Shown in pieces: positions 36,454 to 54,988 of a DNA stretch of 64,000 bases. The stretch comes from Paraphysomonas bandaiensis. Lineage: Eukaryota > Protista > Chrysophyceae. The position numbers and the translations under genes are program-made. The notes beneath the pieces are model-generated. The model was not told the origin of the DNA. It ran no database searches and was given only the letters and a program-made list of their open reading frames with translations. Location of the stretch: NCBI GenBank assembly GCA_965644295.1, contig CBFFRP010000091.1, positions 62,001 through 126,000 on the forward strand, in the 5' to 3' direction. The first letter of the stretch is position 1. Each line of letters opens with the position of its first letter.

Positions 36454-38509
36454 ATGGTGCTGCTGAGGGATTCTTGTTTCCGTCTCGTCATGTTAACAGC
36501 TGTGTGTCTGTGCTGTGTTTTGATTGGGGGGAATATCTTCACATTATTTCCAGTAAGATCAAGTGCTTAACATGCACATTGCTCTTTAACCGATGCACAC
36601 AGTTTGCACCTGATTCAGAGTCTCATTCACTGCGACGTCTCTCTGAGAATATCGAGAGCAACGGTGAAGATGTTGTAGCCAAACTTGCTCAACTTGCCAA
36701 TGCTCGAATGGAAGTGCGACCTCCTCCGAAGCGGCAGTCAGGAGATGGAATGAGTTTCTCTACGCAGACAGACACAAGTATGTCTATGTTGTATATATAC
36801 CTGATTCGTCTCACTCAAGCGTAGACATCGCGCCGCCAGACGCCAAGTATTCTCCGAAGCCGATTACTGGAGGTATGTCTGCATGTGTGTCACAGTGTTT
36901 TCATCGATGTATTGCTTTTATATTCTGTTATATTGAGAATGTGAGAATGTTGACACTATTTCATTGCTGTAGTTATTGCAACCGATACTGTGGAAGGATA
37001 TCAGGAAATGTTGCGGGCGAAGCACGAGCGGGTTTCTCTGAAGCAGAAAAAGTTCGCAGGACAACAATTACGTGGAGAGCAGGCCAAGAAGTTCTTTGGA
37101 GGGGTACCTATTCTACGGTCTATGCCTAAAAGTGAAATTTTGTGCCTATGTCATATCCCATGACTTTGTTGTGTACAGAGAGCAAGCCGAAACCCCAAGT
37201 GTCATCAACTTTCTTCCAGCAGGTACCAAGGACAAGTATGCTGGCATCTTCCGGAATGTCGGAAAATTACACCACTGTAGGAAAGTACATGAAACTATAT
37301 TTGTTGCTCTGTTGTGTGCATAGTCCTGCTGCTCGTCGTGTAACTATATAGCAGGCTGGTGCAAGTTACATAAACGTGAAAACGGAGTGATCCCTGGGGC
37401 AGATTGGGGTAATATGACTGAGGCGGACCGTAAGACTTGGCAGCGCTACGAGTGTAATGATTTGTTCGTTGCAAAGCGCCTATTCAAACATAGTATGACC
37501 TCTTGTGACGAGAACAACTTCATCCAGAGTACTGCAGCAGACTCTTCCTTTCCATTGGTGGCTATCATGTCTGCTACCACCACTCGTAGTGTTCACGATC
37601 CAACCGTAAAAGTGTTATCACTCTTTCAACTTCTATTCACCTCATTGTCTAGATCTCTGGACTGCGGGTTCAGATACCTGTTTGTGTTGGGCTATGACAA
37701 AGGCGACAAATTCTATGACTCTAAATCGGTGTGTGTGCTACGTTAAGTGGTGTTTTAATTTGATCATTCGCAGGGCAAAGAGAGAACATATACATGGTTT
37801 GATAAGAACATCGCTCAACCTCTGCGCGAGAATAATGTACTCATTTCCCTCAAGATGGTAAAAGTAGACAACGTTGCTAAAAAGCCTGGTCCGGTATTTC
37901 TTGAGATAGCACGGACTGCCTATCGCATGAATGCGACATTCATGTACCGCGTTAATGACGATACTGAGTTCAGAGGAAAGTGGCCACGTGCCTATACCAA
38001 CGCCTTGATGAGTTTATCTGAACCCTATGGTGCAGTCGGACCGAATAGCATTGGAAGTGACAACCGTAAGTGTTAGATCTGTACAGTAAGCTGACTGCCT
38101 GTGTAACTGCATCGATTCAGGTATCCTTACTCATGATTTTGTACACCGTCTGCACATGGAAATATTCGATATGAATTACTACCCCCCAGAACTTCCTGAT
38201 TGGTGGATGGATGATTGGATAACGCATGTGTACGGTCCTGTGCGCACATTTCACTCCAAAAAGATTGGTGTCATTCATCATACCCAGGTGCATGGTCAGA
38301 GATATCGCGTGGACCTTTCGAATGAACGAAACCTCAAAAATTTAATTATTCGTGGAAGAAACAAAATTAGAAAATGGATGGTTGAAAACAGAGTAAACCC
38401 CGATATTATAAGTGAATTTGACCATAGCTTACGCATGCCATTGCGATTAGGAAAGCGTGATATGATAGCAACCAAATTGAAAGATTTACCACCTATAAAG
38501 TCCTTTTAA
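36454..38509 (+). CDS. Type II membrane glycosyltransferase-like protein, paralog 2, multi-exon
   Basis: Signal anchor MVLLRDSCFRLVMLTAVCLCCVLIGG. Motifs FVLGYDKGD, FMYRVNDDTEF, DWWMDDWITHVYG. Clearly homologous to 30371-31781. Confidence 0.75.
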
Positions 38510-40212
38510 ATATTGAATATATTTTAACCCCAATGTAGCTTTCGTTAAGTATTTTGTTGCAACAATGGTTGTATGCGTATTGCTTCAATAGAGGAGATAC
38601 TGAATACAATAATCCTCTGTACTCAAGATTGATAGGGGCTACCGATTCGGTCGAATATAAATATATATATCGTGTAGTGAAATATTTTATTCGTGTAGAT
38701 ACGACATATGTTGCATTCTCACTGTACACGCTACTTATAGAATATAGAAACACCATATATACATATCGACTCACTTGTAGAAATTAAAAATATACATATA
38801 CATTTAAACATTCATATTTTATACGAAGTATGTGAATATAACGTATAACGTATCTATGTCCGAAGTCTGAAGGATAAACCATACAGATACAGACCAATCT
38901 GTCATGATGTGAAGTAGCAAGAATTGTAATCAAAACCGTAGATGTTGTCGTTTCATTCCACTTCATCATTACTAAAAAGTTTTAATTTTTCAGTTTTCTC
39001 CAGAAGTGTTTAATTTTTCTTCTATACTTACAGAATGAATCTTTGTTCAAGTAATTTTACATTTGGAGTGGACTTTACCGAATATATGTGTACGTATGAA
39101 AGAATGAAAGAATTCAAACTATATCATAGCACTAAATCCATCGTATCGGCATCCTTTGTGTATTTTTGTTCGAAGATGCCTCTAATATTGAGACAATAAT
39201 TATCTGCATTCCAGCCGTAGTTGTATATTAGTAATATAGAGGATTTTTGCTTCAATTTATTTCCGAAAAATAAGATGCTGACTGCCAATACGATATTTGA
39301 ACTTATTGCAATCGATTTTAATGAAGAGTATAGGCAGTCGTAAAACATAGTCAGTTAATATTGTAATTAAGAACTCATCGCATAATACCTTGTATGAAGC
39401 CAAAGAAAAGTAATGTAGGTGAACTAAACATGCCGAACGCTATCATTGCTGCTCGTTGTTATGATACCGTCATTGATAATACTAACGACTATTACTATTA
39501 CCTATTTGTCTGTTGTCCAGTACGACAACCAGAAAAATAACGACTTGCACCTTATAAGGCTCAAACCTTTATAACTTCTTGGTAATTTGTATTTCCTTAC
39601 TTAAGGAATGAACAGTCACACTCTCAGTTTGAAAAACAATGATATTTTCATTAGATGTTGTGTCTGTCCTGAAGCGGATGAAAAACACCACCGTTCAGTT
39701 TCACAAGTAAATTATTATCTTCACTTCTCAGAGCACATGTTGTGGTTGATATGCAATAACGTCCTGCATTGTCGAGTCATCATCTTTGCGGTCTCTGTAT
39801 GTACTCTGCAATCAACGCCTTCTGTGTTTTTAGTATTAATGTTTCTTATGTCCAGGAGGTTGTGACTTGCATGATCATCACAAGAAATAGTCACTCTCGC
39901 TTATCGTTTCATGGCACTATTAACCTGAGCGTCATATTGTGATGTGGTTCGTATATGCGACACCGTCATAGATGCAGGAGGATTGTGGACACAGCCATGC
40001 CGCTCTGGACACTGCAGTGTACTGATAATACAGCAGTAGTGTACAGTGTATAGCAGTGTATTCCTCAGTGTCATGCGGTATCATGTGAGTGTAGATCCAG
40101 AGGCAGATAGCTGCACATGACGCCCTCAGAGTGTCAAGTGTACAAGTGTGCGCAGGTATGAACACACACATGCAGACACATTCTCACATATCACGCCCAG
40201 TACTTGCAGACA

Positions 40213-41722
40213 ATGGACATCGAGAGTCAAACTCCCAATCCCCTGAGCACCCCTCCCCCTCCTCGTCTCGTTCTCTCCACCTCTGAGCCCCTCTGCATTC
40301 ACTCCAGCGGTAGTCCGACTAATACAGATGTGAATAAAAGTGTATGTGAGTCCCCTCATGATACCCCTCATAAGCCCACTAGAGAGAGGACTGTATCCGC
40401 CCCCACTCCCACCTTTCGATACCCCTCCCCCTCCAGAGACCTCTTGTCCTCATGGTTGACCCCTCTGCCTCTCCTGAGGCGCATCAGCTCCAATAGAAAG
40501 ACTCCTATCAGAGAGGTGTGTGTGTTCTACTGTCTCATATGCCTCCAGAATCATGCTCTTGAGGATGGTATGGGTGCGTCCTCGTGCACAAACGGGTCTG
40601 TCTTCTGTCGTGCGGGGATTGAGATGCATATGAATATAGCCATAAATGACGGTGTAACAGACATCCACTGCCCCTGCGGTATGTGCGCTGCTGTATTTAC
40701 AGATGCAGAAGTGTCTGGTGTTGTGGACGAAGAGATGTATGCGAAGATGGTGCGGTTTCGTGATATCAAGCAAAATCCTAATCTCAGGGAGTGTCCGAAA
40801 TGCAATCACTCTCAAACAGGTGACAAGAATAAGCCGGCGATGGTATGTTCCAAATGTGGGGAGCAGTACTGCTTCTTCCACTCTAATGCACACCCGAATA
40901 TGTCTTGCGGGGATTATAGCCGTGCTCAGCTTCGGGCCGATATGAAGTCTGTTGCCACGATTAAGTCGACTGCAAGGAAGTGTCCAAAGTGCTATGCCTA
41001 CACCGAGAAGAATGGTGGTTGCAATCACATGACTTGCCAACATTGCGGAGAGGTGCGTAAGACTGTATGTCTCTCCATATGTAATTCTAATTTTTTTCTG
41101 TTTGACTCTAAATCAGAACTGGTGCTGGTACGTACAATGATACTGTTGTACCTCTAGCTACTATTCACTTACTGGCGTTTATAGGCTATGCGGTCGACAT
41201 TTAACTGATAATCACTATGAAGATCCTATAAATGGCTGCATTGGAGGCCAATTTGTGGAGCCCCCTGCGTTTGCGCTATGGACTATTATACCCTGCTTAC
41301 GACACCCGGGGTGGGAGTATATTTTTCGTTTGCCGTTGTATATGTTCATGTTGTTAGCTCTTGTTATTGGCATGGGTGCTGGCCTTATCGGTTTCGCAGT
41401 ATGCGTGTCATTTTTTCCATTGACCCTTGCAGCAGCTGCAGTAGATTATTTTTATCATGATTCGTTTGAAGATACGATGTTTATACTAGGGGCTCCTGGC
41501 TTACTTACATGCTTTATCCTGGCTGGCATCGTCGCCTGCGTCGTGGAAATAGCTTGGTTACCATTTGGATTTGTATTATTTATCGGGAATTGGCTGTCTC
41601 ACTTGGCAAATCAAGATGAAGGGAGGTGTGGGTTAAGCTTTATGGATGAAGAGGCAATAGCTTCTACTTGGTTCTATCCGTTAACGCTAGTTATGAATGT
41701 TTTGTTTCGTGAAGACGATTGA
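40213..41722 (+). CDS. RBR (RING-IBR-RING) E3 ubiquitin ligase with C-terminal TM helices
   Basis: IBR ECPKC...CSKCGEQYCFFH..AH..SC. RING2 CPKC...EKNGGCNHMTC, completed by an 11-nt microexon (NWCW). Hydrophobic C-terminus. Confidence 0.92.
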
Positions 41723-41840
41723 GGTGTTGTGTTTGTATGAGTGGTGTGGTTGTTGTTTGCCTAATGTAAGCAGAGAAGTTTCTAGGATATTGAGGAGATT
41801 AATTATACTTGTAACGAAATTTTAATATTCATTATTGGCA

Positions 41841-42294
41841 GTTGTGAATGTTTTATTATTTGCAATAGGCATGTAAGAGTGAGTGCTTAACTCTGATATC
41901 CTATTGTTTAATGCTACAAAAGCTGCTTGTGTGCCGCCTCAAGCACTTAGGTGCAACCACCTCCGCTCTATCAATCAAAGCAAACGTAGTGAGTAAGCAG
42001 AATGTTGATATACTTGACGTCAGCTAACTTCAGATTTTGAGTCCTTAAGGTGAACATCCCGGATGCTATTGAAATGGGCCCATTTCCGAATGCCTGTTTA
42101 TTAGTCAAGGCCCAAAGACGTCTACACAAGTGACACCTATTGGTGTTCCTTGTATCAAACGAGAATTTGGCTATAAGTGGGCAGAACAATATCTGCTGCC
42201 TATGTATGCGGCTCACTTTGTTTCCCGGAGAACTATCTACGGTATTTATTCCTCAGAACACCACGAAAGGTGCAAATCCGACTTTGTTGAGGGA
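41841..42294. repeat. Repeat family X, copy C
   Basis: Same blocks as A and E, from gtgaatgttttatt to actttgttgaggg. Confidence 0.9.
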
Positions 42295-42341
42295 ATTATT
42301 GGCTTTAAATGATCAATATTCGACTAGGTTAGCTAGGTGAC

Positions 42342-43140
42342 CTCCTCAACAAAGTCGGACTCAACAGATATTGTTCTGCCCACTCATAGCCGAATGATTG
42401 TGTGGTACAAGGGGCACAAATAAGTGTCGCTTGTATAGACGTCTTTGGGCTTGACGAATAAACAGGCATCCGGAAAAAAGCCTACCTCAAGCGTATCCGG
42501 GACAGGGCCCACCTGAAGGGTAACCGGAGTATTGGGCTGCCTGCTGTGAGCGCAGTCAAGCATCCGGGATGTTCACCTTAAGGACTCAAAAACCTGAAAT
42601 TAGCAGACGTCAGGTATATCAACATTCTGCTTGCTCACGGCGTTTGCTTTGAGCGATAGAGTGGAGGTGGTTGCACCTTGGTGCTTGCGGAGACGCACAA
42701 GCAGCTTTCGTAGCGTTAAATAATAGGACAATATATTAGGATTCAGCTTAATACATGATTGTATCTGTGAGTTATAATGGTCAATGAAATATATCATGAA
42801 CTGAATTAGAGAGAGTATCTGTCGAAGATACATGATCGTCATCATAATGTCGTCATTATAAGTTAGACTTCTAACTATTCCGTTGTGCATGATAGTTATG
42901 TTCTATATTGTTATTTATAATTTTCACTCTATCGTGTTCTTTACTTACACTCTAATAATCACAACATTGTTTTACTATTATAAAGATCAATTCTTTATTC
43001 AATAGAGTTTGTACTAGTTAGTTACAGGTTGTCGTCTATCTAGCTTGACCAGTTTTCTTCTAGCTACTAGGCTGTAAGCTGGTGCTGATTCTTAACGCCT
43101 ATTGCCAAGAATAAAACCTGCAATATAGCTAGGTTAATTT
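42342..43140. repeat. Repeat family X, copy D, inverted (core 42342-42730, terminal block ~43005-43140)
   Basis: Reverse complement of A/C blocks. Begins ctcctcaacaaagtcggac. Confidence 0.85.
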
Positions 43141-43639
43141 TAAATTATATGAAAATTTGCTTGCTTCGGTTCTGAAACGACGCGAATATTTTGTATTTTT
43201 TTTAGTGAAATGGTATCTCACTCTACGCTATGTAGCAGTCAACTTTAATTTTGCCATGTAGTTAGTTTACTGAACCACATATATCGCAAGTTTGTACCTA
43301 TATTTTATCATCTACTAGCTTATAATTACTCTTTCATACATACCGTGTGATATTCTACAGTTGTTGAATAAAATATAATATGAATGCATGTTGGCTAAAC
43401 TCAACATCTAGTATTTGATAAAACGTAAATAACCTACGTATTTGGTGGCACAAAAAAGTAAACAGTGTGAGTGGTAATGTTGACTAAATAATCGTGATGC
43501 GTTTCCTCAGCATTGTTAGAATAATCGGCATCTCATTTTATGACACCGTCAATGTAGACCTGGCCATATCATATCTAAAAGACAGGTATGACTACCTTAT
43601 AGACCGCATTCACTTATTTATTATCTATAGTTGAATGCC

Positions 43640-48249
<4,610 letters not shown>

Positions 48250-48694
48250 GTTTCGTTTATATTAAAATTAGATCATGGCAGTATATGTATATCGACTGGT
48301 GACTATAGACGTATAGGCGACGTAATCTATGGGTTCCTATGCAGCTTAATGGATGGCTTGGCTTGCCTTCACTTCATATATATGCTACTGTATACTGTAC
48401 AAATGAATATGTAGCACTTCTTTTCATCAGATACACAATTGGAACCAATAGATCATGAGTTCATTGATGTTATTGGTTAGTTCTTCTAATTTTATGTGCT
48501 GGTTTTTCATAGTGAACTGAAAATTGGGGATATCTGTGGGACCGGTGTGTAGAACTGTGGTTTCCTGCTACCTATGCGTCATTTTCAGTCATTAATCTCA
48601 TTCTCCTTGAGAACAGATACAGCAGCAGATATATCGAGGAGAGAGATACAAGCCCATCTCACCCGTCTAGCCACTCTAATATATCGAGGATTAC

Positions 48695-49989
48695 ATGTCA
48701 GATATCTTGCTCTACTGCAGCAGTGCAGCTGTGGTCCTGATTATACCTGTAGTTTATTATGTATTCTGTTATCGCAGTGAGCGAGATGTTCGCCCCTTAT
48801 CTATGCGCGGCAGTAGATGGTATGGCTCTCGATTTTTCGTTTTATGTAATCCTATAAGTGGTAAGAGGGAGGGGAAGCGTATAGTAGAGACTGTAGTTCA
48901 ACCTTGGAGTAAAGCAAACAACATCACCTTAGATGTTGTGTACACCGAAAAGCAACTCCATGCCCACGAAATAGCTGCGAAATCGAATCTTGCTTTATAT
49001 GAAGGCATACTGATAGTATCCGGAGATGGTTTGGTTCATGAGTTTATGAATGGATTGGCCTCTGGGTATTCACGTACGTCAGAATATTTAAAGCGTTTAA
49101 AGATGATTCCTCCAATCGGAATTATTCCATCAGGTTTACAGCGACTATTTAGTGCATAGTCCTCCTCCTTATTGTGTTGAATTTTATTCCCCAGGTACAT
49201 GTAGGGGAATAGCCATGAGCCTACATTCCGCTGATCCTCAAGTCGCCATGGAGAAAATTATGCGTGGCTCGCCCAAAGGTGTTGATATGTACCACGTAAC
49301 CAGTGTGGATACCAGAGAATCTAATATTGATATATGGGACGTACACTACTTTTCATGGGCAATATTTGCTGATGCAAGCTTTATGATTGAGAAGAAAATA
49401 CGATGGATACCAAGAATGTTGCGTGAGACAGTGGCTGCTATATGCGTCATCGGTCGCCGCCAGGTATATTACTGCGCGTTATGTGCATACATGATAAATT
49501 AATGCTACATATATGTTGTGATTTTTTTGATATTCGTAGGTGTATAGAGGCACTCTATATATGGATCCAGTACCTATGACCAGCTGTCAGAGGAAGCGTC
49601 GAATGTATGATGACTCCAATGCGCTAACCACGGTTAAAACAGGGCCATATAAAGGCCAGAAAGTTATATCTGGCTCATTCGTTATGTTTACTGCTGGGAG
49701 TATGCCGTATGCTACATACGACATGAAATTACTTCCGTCCTCATTACCCAACGACGGAAGTATTGATGTTATTCTCATGCGCGGAACTGCTACTCGTTTG
49801 CAGCTCCTTTCTGTTTTTCTTAGTCTCGGTGATGGGTCTCATGTTTTATCTGAGTCAGTGGAGGTATACAAAGTAAAGTCATTTACGTTACTCCCTGAGT
49901 CAGGGAATTTGGATGTGTCGGGAGAATTGTACCCTTGCGCGAAAGTTCATGTCTGTGCGCATAAAGACTGTGCTAAGTTTATATACTGA
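48695..49989 (+). CDS. Sphingosine kinase / DAG kinase catalytic-domain protein with N-terminal TM anchor, 3 exons
   Basis: Motifs NPISGKREG, VSGDGLVHEFMNG, GIIPSG|T, PNDGSIDV, GSHV. Confidence 0.85.
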
Positions 49990-51334
49990 AGAGTCCTATA
50001 GTAGTAGCGGATACGTGGTACGTGTTCATGTCCTTTGAATTTTGTTGTTTTTAGTTATTACATTTTGGTGTATTGAACATCAAAAAACTCCATAAACCAA
50101 CCGGGTTCAGGGAGCAGTAGATTTCAATAGCAGTGCTAGTCTGTGTTGTGCCAGAACTATAGCATAATCAGTAATGCAATATATTCGCAGTAGAACTTCA
50201 GATATGTACTTAATTACCAGTGACTACAGAACTACAGAATTCATCCTGACTCGACCAATATGATATAATGTCGCTTCGATATTAAACAGAAAATTTCACC
50301 ACGCCGCTGCATGCTACATAACCTGGTTAATGCGGATTTAAAAGAGACCATCAAAATAACAACGACTCTGAAATAACACCTTCGCTACTCATAGGCTTAT
50401 AGTAATCTTTCCTAAGTGTATTGTATTGAGAGTTCATCTGGGTTATATAGATTTTTAATCTTTTTTTACTCTTCACTTATTGAGACGCTGAGCATATTTT
50501 ATCATCTATTTTATATAAAAGACAGCTGATACACTGATACTGTCTTCGTCAGCAATATATTTTACTCTAAATATTACTTTTCCACTCCTCGCTGTTTGAA
50601 TATTACGGGAAACATTGGCTCATATTTTTACACAAAACGTCCAACAGTAAACTACCAAATCTGTTTTGTATAACTCTTTACATTTTTGTTGTAAAAAACT
50701 GCTACGATCTATATATTCTTAGAGTTGACTGCTATAATCTCTATATATATTGGGCTCAACATAACGCTTATATTAGCATCAGGCAAATATAGACATTCAA
50801 CTTCAATTTTCGGTTCATCAGAAGCTCTCTCCTGTCGTGACTGGTGACTCTTTTTCTCATATTATTAAGTACATTTTATCTGTTTTAATTGTCCTGAATA
50901 TTACCCTAAACCCTCTACCCTAATCTTATAATATTATAATATATATAAAAGATTTATTGAAAAGTTATTTAAAAATTATAATATAGTATAGATTTTATGG
51001 ATATGATTTTATGGACCAATTATCCTCCCATATATCTCTTTGATTGTTGTAGTTATGGTTTCAACATATCTTTATATGTATTTCTAAGACTATTCTCTGA
51101 TCTGTGTTGACTTAGTCAATAATAAGAGTTAATATTCAATTGACGACGTCATTGTTTTTGTATAAATTTATTGTTACGTGTTAAAATGTGTTGTTGTCAT
51201 CAGCATATACGCATATGGCAAGTGCCATGAACGTATATTTTGCACCCTACAGTTGAGATTTTTTTATATGACTATATTATAATATTGATTGCAGTAATTG
51301 CAGTAGTATTGTGAGATATTTTAACAGAAACAAT

Positions 51335-51414
51335 ATTGATGGAATATTTGGCCGGTCCACCAATCAATATATTTTACAATATATTGCAATGCAATATTAT
51401 GTTTCCTAGCCCTG
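51335..51414. mobile_element. hAT-family terminal fragment (single end)
   Basis: Reverse complement cagggctaggaaac...atatattgattggtgg..caaatattccatcaatatt matches the left end of 55332-55979. Confidence 0.8.
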
Positions 51415-51496
51415 GCATATACCACATGTAATCCTGTGTGCCTATATGTGCTATATTACCTAGTACCCATATATACCAATGACCAATGTACTACAT

Positions 51497-51547
51497 TGGT
51501 GCAGATTTTTAACGCTTACTGCTAAATAATAAGACTTTCAATATATG
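51497..51547. repeat. Repeat family X terminal fragment, inverted
   Basis: Reverse complement matches tatattgaaagtcttattattagcaataggcgttaaaaa at ~899-945. Confidence 0.75.
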
Positions 51548-51848
51548 CCATTGTGTCCAACTAATGTAACTCATGGCTTTTTAATGTGCTGTTACCTAGT
51601 CCTGAACCATATTCATCCTGAAACATAGGTAACTCTTACGGGAGAACTAAACTTTTGTACGGTCCGCCGTTCGCAAGTAAAATCAGTATATTGTTCAAAG
51701 GTCAAAGCAATGTAGGAGTGGAAGGTTGATTTGTATCATTATTATATATTAAAACAAATCCACGTGCAAAGATACTATCAGTACCTGAAAGCTCGTAAAC
51801 GCAATGGAAGCTATTGCGAAGCAAATATTGCGTAACACACCCTACTAA

Positions 51849-52484
51849 CTACTCCCAATTTTTGGTGATGTTGATATCATATTCGTACTCCAAGTGCTTG
51901 ACTCCATCAGAATCGATAAACTGGTTACGCGCCCGATACTTTCCTCGAAACATCATTCCCTTTGGTGCCTCCTGATAGTAGTTGCGGGGGAATTCAAATA
52001 CGTGGGGGACGCTGGCTGGAGGGTAACTGCCAATCATGATGTCATCTGATTCACTGAAAATAGCTTTGCTGAGTTTCTGGCAGTACTTCAGGCCGGCCAC
52101 AATTTCATGCTGCACACGGAAAGATATGATGAATTTATATTTAGCACCTTCCTTGACGGACACCCCAAGTGTTCTCAGTCTAGCAAGACCTTCCTCGGAG
52201 TCCAAGTTGTAGACAATATCTTCTCGGCCCTCGCTCTCTTCAAACTTCACGCGAAACTCTGTGACAATAATCCGCCTAGGATCATTAGGATCTCCCAAGT
52301 CTCCCTGTGCTGCAGCACCAAGGAGACTCTCCTTATATTTTCTCAGGCTCTCATCCTCAGCGTCAGCAGCTAAAATATCAGCAACATTCTTGGAGGCAGA
52401 TTCAGACGCCTTGTACTCGGCACTGGACTCGGCCGTGGCCTCAGCGGCAGCTGTATCGGGGTTGGATGCGTCAAACTCAGACAT
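51849..52484 (-). CDS. Rho GDP-dissociation inhibitor
   Basis: Motifs DAEDESLRKYKESLLG, FRVQHEIVAGLKY, MIGSYPP, EAPKGMMFRGKY, FIDSD. Single exon. Confidence 0.97.
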   Translation of the reverse strand: MSEFDASNPDTAAAEATAESSAEYKASESASKNVADILAADAEDESLRKYKESLLGAAAQGDLGDPNDPRRIIVTEFRVKFEESEGREDIVYNLDSEEGLARLRTLGVSVKEGAKYKFIISFRVQHEIVAGLKYCQKLSKAIFSESDDIMIGSYPPASVPHVFEFPRNYYQEAPKGMMFRGKYRARNQFIDSDGVKHLEYEYDINITKNWE

Positions 52485-53130
52485 ATTTCTGTACTGTACC
52501 AGTCGTAATATGAAAATCAGATGAAGTCAGTGCTGTATAATTATCAAGAGTGTGGATCCTCACAACACTCTACATACATACGTATACCATATCTATAGTT
52601 GATATATACATATGTATATACTGCTGTACGTGCTCTGCACCTGTACATGCAGCATACAGCGGTATATACTGTACATGTATACCGGTATATCCCAAAAGCA
52701 CTTCAATAGTCATAAAAATCCTATATTTTTTGTTATAAAAGTACGATACACCTATAAAATACCAACAATATTTTGAATTCGGAAGCAGACTAGATACTGC
52801 TGTATGCAGTTTTCTTCCTCCACAGCTGGCCACTGTAGCTGTACACATACACCGGTACAGCAGTATTGTATGTACATGTACTCCTCTGTATGTATGTATG
52901 TATGTGTGTGTGTTGAATGGTTAAGTGATAAGAGTATTCGTGATGTGCTGAGTTTCATTCAAACAATAGAACTGTAAAAACACTCAGTCCTGGTAGTTTG
53001 TTTTATAGGACTATTGTCTTAACTATTGTGTATATATTAACCAACTGAACGAAAGCCTATAGGCGAGTCTATGAAGTGCTGGTTCTTGTGTTAGTATAAT
53101 TTAATTCTAATTCACTATCCACAAACAATC

Positions 53131-54597
53131 ATGCAAGAACAACAACAGACATCTGTAAACGACTTGGATGCATGGATCGAGAAGTTGTATAGCTGTAAGT
53201 CACTGACTGAGAATGAAGTGAAGCTATTATGCGAGAAAGTAAGCGTCTGTGTTGCGATGCGAATGCTTATCTCAGTGATTGTTTTCAGGCACGTGAAGTG
53301 TTTATGGAAGAGTCAAATGTACAGCCAGTTCGATGCCCGGTTACAATATGCGGTGATGTGCATGGACAACTCCACGACCTCATTGAATTATTTCGTATTG
53401 GTGGTCAAGCGCCTGATACGAATTATTTATTCATGGGGGATTATGTTGATAGAGGCTATTACTCGGTATGCACTTAGTGGTGTGCTTCTTGTACAGTTTT
53501 AATGAGTATTTTATAGGTGGAGACTGTGAGTTTATTAGTGTGCTTGAAGGTTAGATTCCCAGAGCGCGTATTTATTCTTCGCGGCAATCACGAAAGTCGA
53601 CAAATTACCCAAGTGTATGTGCATTAGAAGTATGCGTCTGCTAGACAAAATGACTGATTGTGGTGTTGTAGATACGGATTTTTTGACGAATGTGTACGTA
53701 AATACGGCAGCGGAAACGTATGGAAGATGTATACTGACTTATTTGATTATCTCCCGTTGACTGCGGTAGTCGAGGATCAAATATTCTGTTTACACGGAGG
53801 CCTTTCGCCTTCTATTGATACACTTGACCACATCCGCCAACTGGACAGAGTGCAGGAGGTACAAAAACAAAACCATCGAGTGTTGTTGTTTTGTGTACTC
53901 TAAATATATTACTTATTATTGGAGTAGATGATGTAGCCATTTGAATTTGATTACGAAACGAATAATTATTGCTCGCTCTGTCTTATGGTCATGTAGGTAC
54001 CCCATGAGGGCCCTATGTGCGACCTGCTGTGGTCAGATCCAGATGATAGAAAGGGGTGGGGTATTTCGCCGAGGTACTGTAACATTACTCTCAATATTTC
54101 TGTACGTGGGATCCATTACGTTTTTATAATATGTAATGGATATTTTCTTTGACATCAATCTACGTAACATATTTTGATGGGTATGTTTAGAGGTGCTGGG
54201 TATACATTCGGGAGCGATATCTCTGAGATTTTCAACCACAAGAATGGCCTTACCCTCGTTTCTAGGGCTCACCAGCTGGTCATGGATGTAAGTGTTGTGT
54301 ACCCTATTTGCTAATGATGTGAGTGAATTGTTAATGATTTTGACAGGGATATAACTGGTCGCATGTGATGAATGTGGTAACAATATTCAGCGCACCTAAC
54401 TACTGCTACCGGTGCGGGAATCAGGCCGCCATCATGGAGGTCGACGAATACTTGAACAAGACATTGTAAGTGTTCCATATGTTGCTCTTTGTGGTGGCCC
54501 TTTTGCTTAATTTCTTATATCCAGCCTCCAGTTCGATCCTGCCCCACGCCGCGGCGAGCCAATGGTCACTCGCAGAACACCAGACTACTTTCTGTAG
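53131..54597 (+). CDS. PP2Ac: Ser/Thr protein phosphatase 2A catalytic subunit, multi-exon
   Basis: Motifs [37 protein letters not shown], and the C-terminal RRTPDYFL. Confidence 0.98.
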
Positions 54598-54751
54598 CTT
54601 GCGACAGCTGCTGTCAAGTCAGGCAGGTGGTCGATGTACTTTGAAGTTGGTTTGCTGTTTGGCTGTATGAGATTCATACAATGTAACTAGTATTGAAAAG
54701 TGAATTTAGTAGCCGACGCTCTGTTCAGCATTATTAATTAAATCTCGATAT

Positions 54752-54988
54752 CTAACTTTCGAATGTAAGAGAGTTTGGACATATATGAGATACCAGCTCA
54801 ATCTGACATAGCTCATCAAGTCCGTACAGCTTGTCCACAATCCTGATCTGTTCTTCATGGACTGCATACTGTATCGATAGTAGGATAATACCCTCTAGCA
54901 AGTTTCTCTTAACTCTACCATTAAGATAGGTTCGAGCTCTATCTTGCAGCTCCTGCTGAGGTTCCTCATCCATGTTGGTTTTTGACAT
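54752..54988 (-). CDS. Small protein with a Dpy-30-like motif
   Basis: ARTYLNGRVKRNLLEGI resembles the RxYLxxxVxxxLLxG motif. 78 aa, ATG preceded by AAA. Confidence 0.45.
   Translation of the reverse strand: MSKTNMDEEPQQELQDRARTYLNGRVKRNLLEGIILLSIQYAVHEEQIRIVDKLYGLDELCQIELVSHICPNSLTFES

Noticed and set aside
50903-50915. Telomere-like CCCTAAACCCT (also GGGTTAGGG near 455)
   Set aside because: Only one or two units, not an array.
51203-51422. GCATATAC at 51203-51210 and 51415-51422 as a hAT TSD
   Set aside because: No left TIR follows the first copy, so it could be chance in AT-rich DNA.
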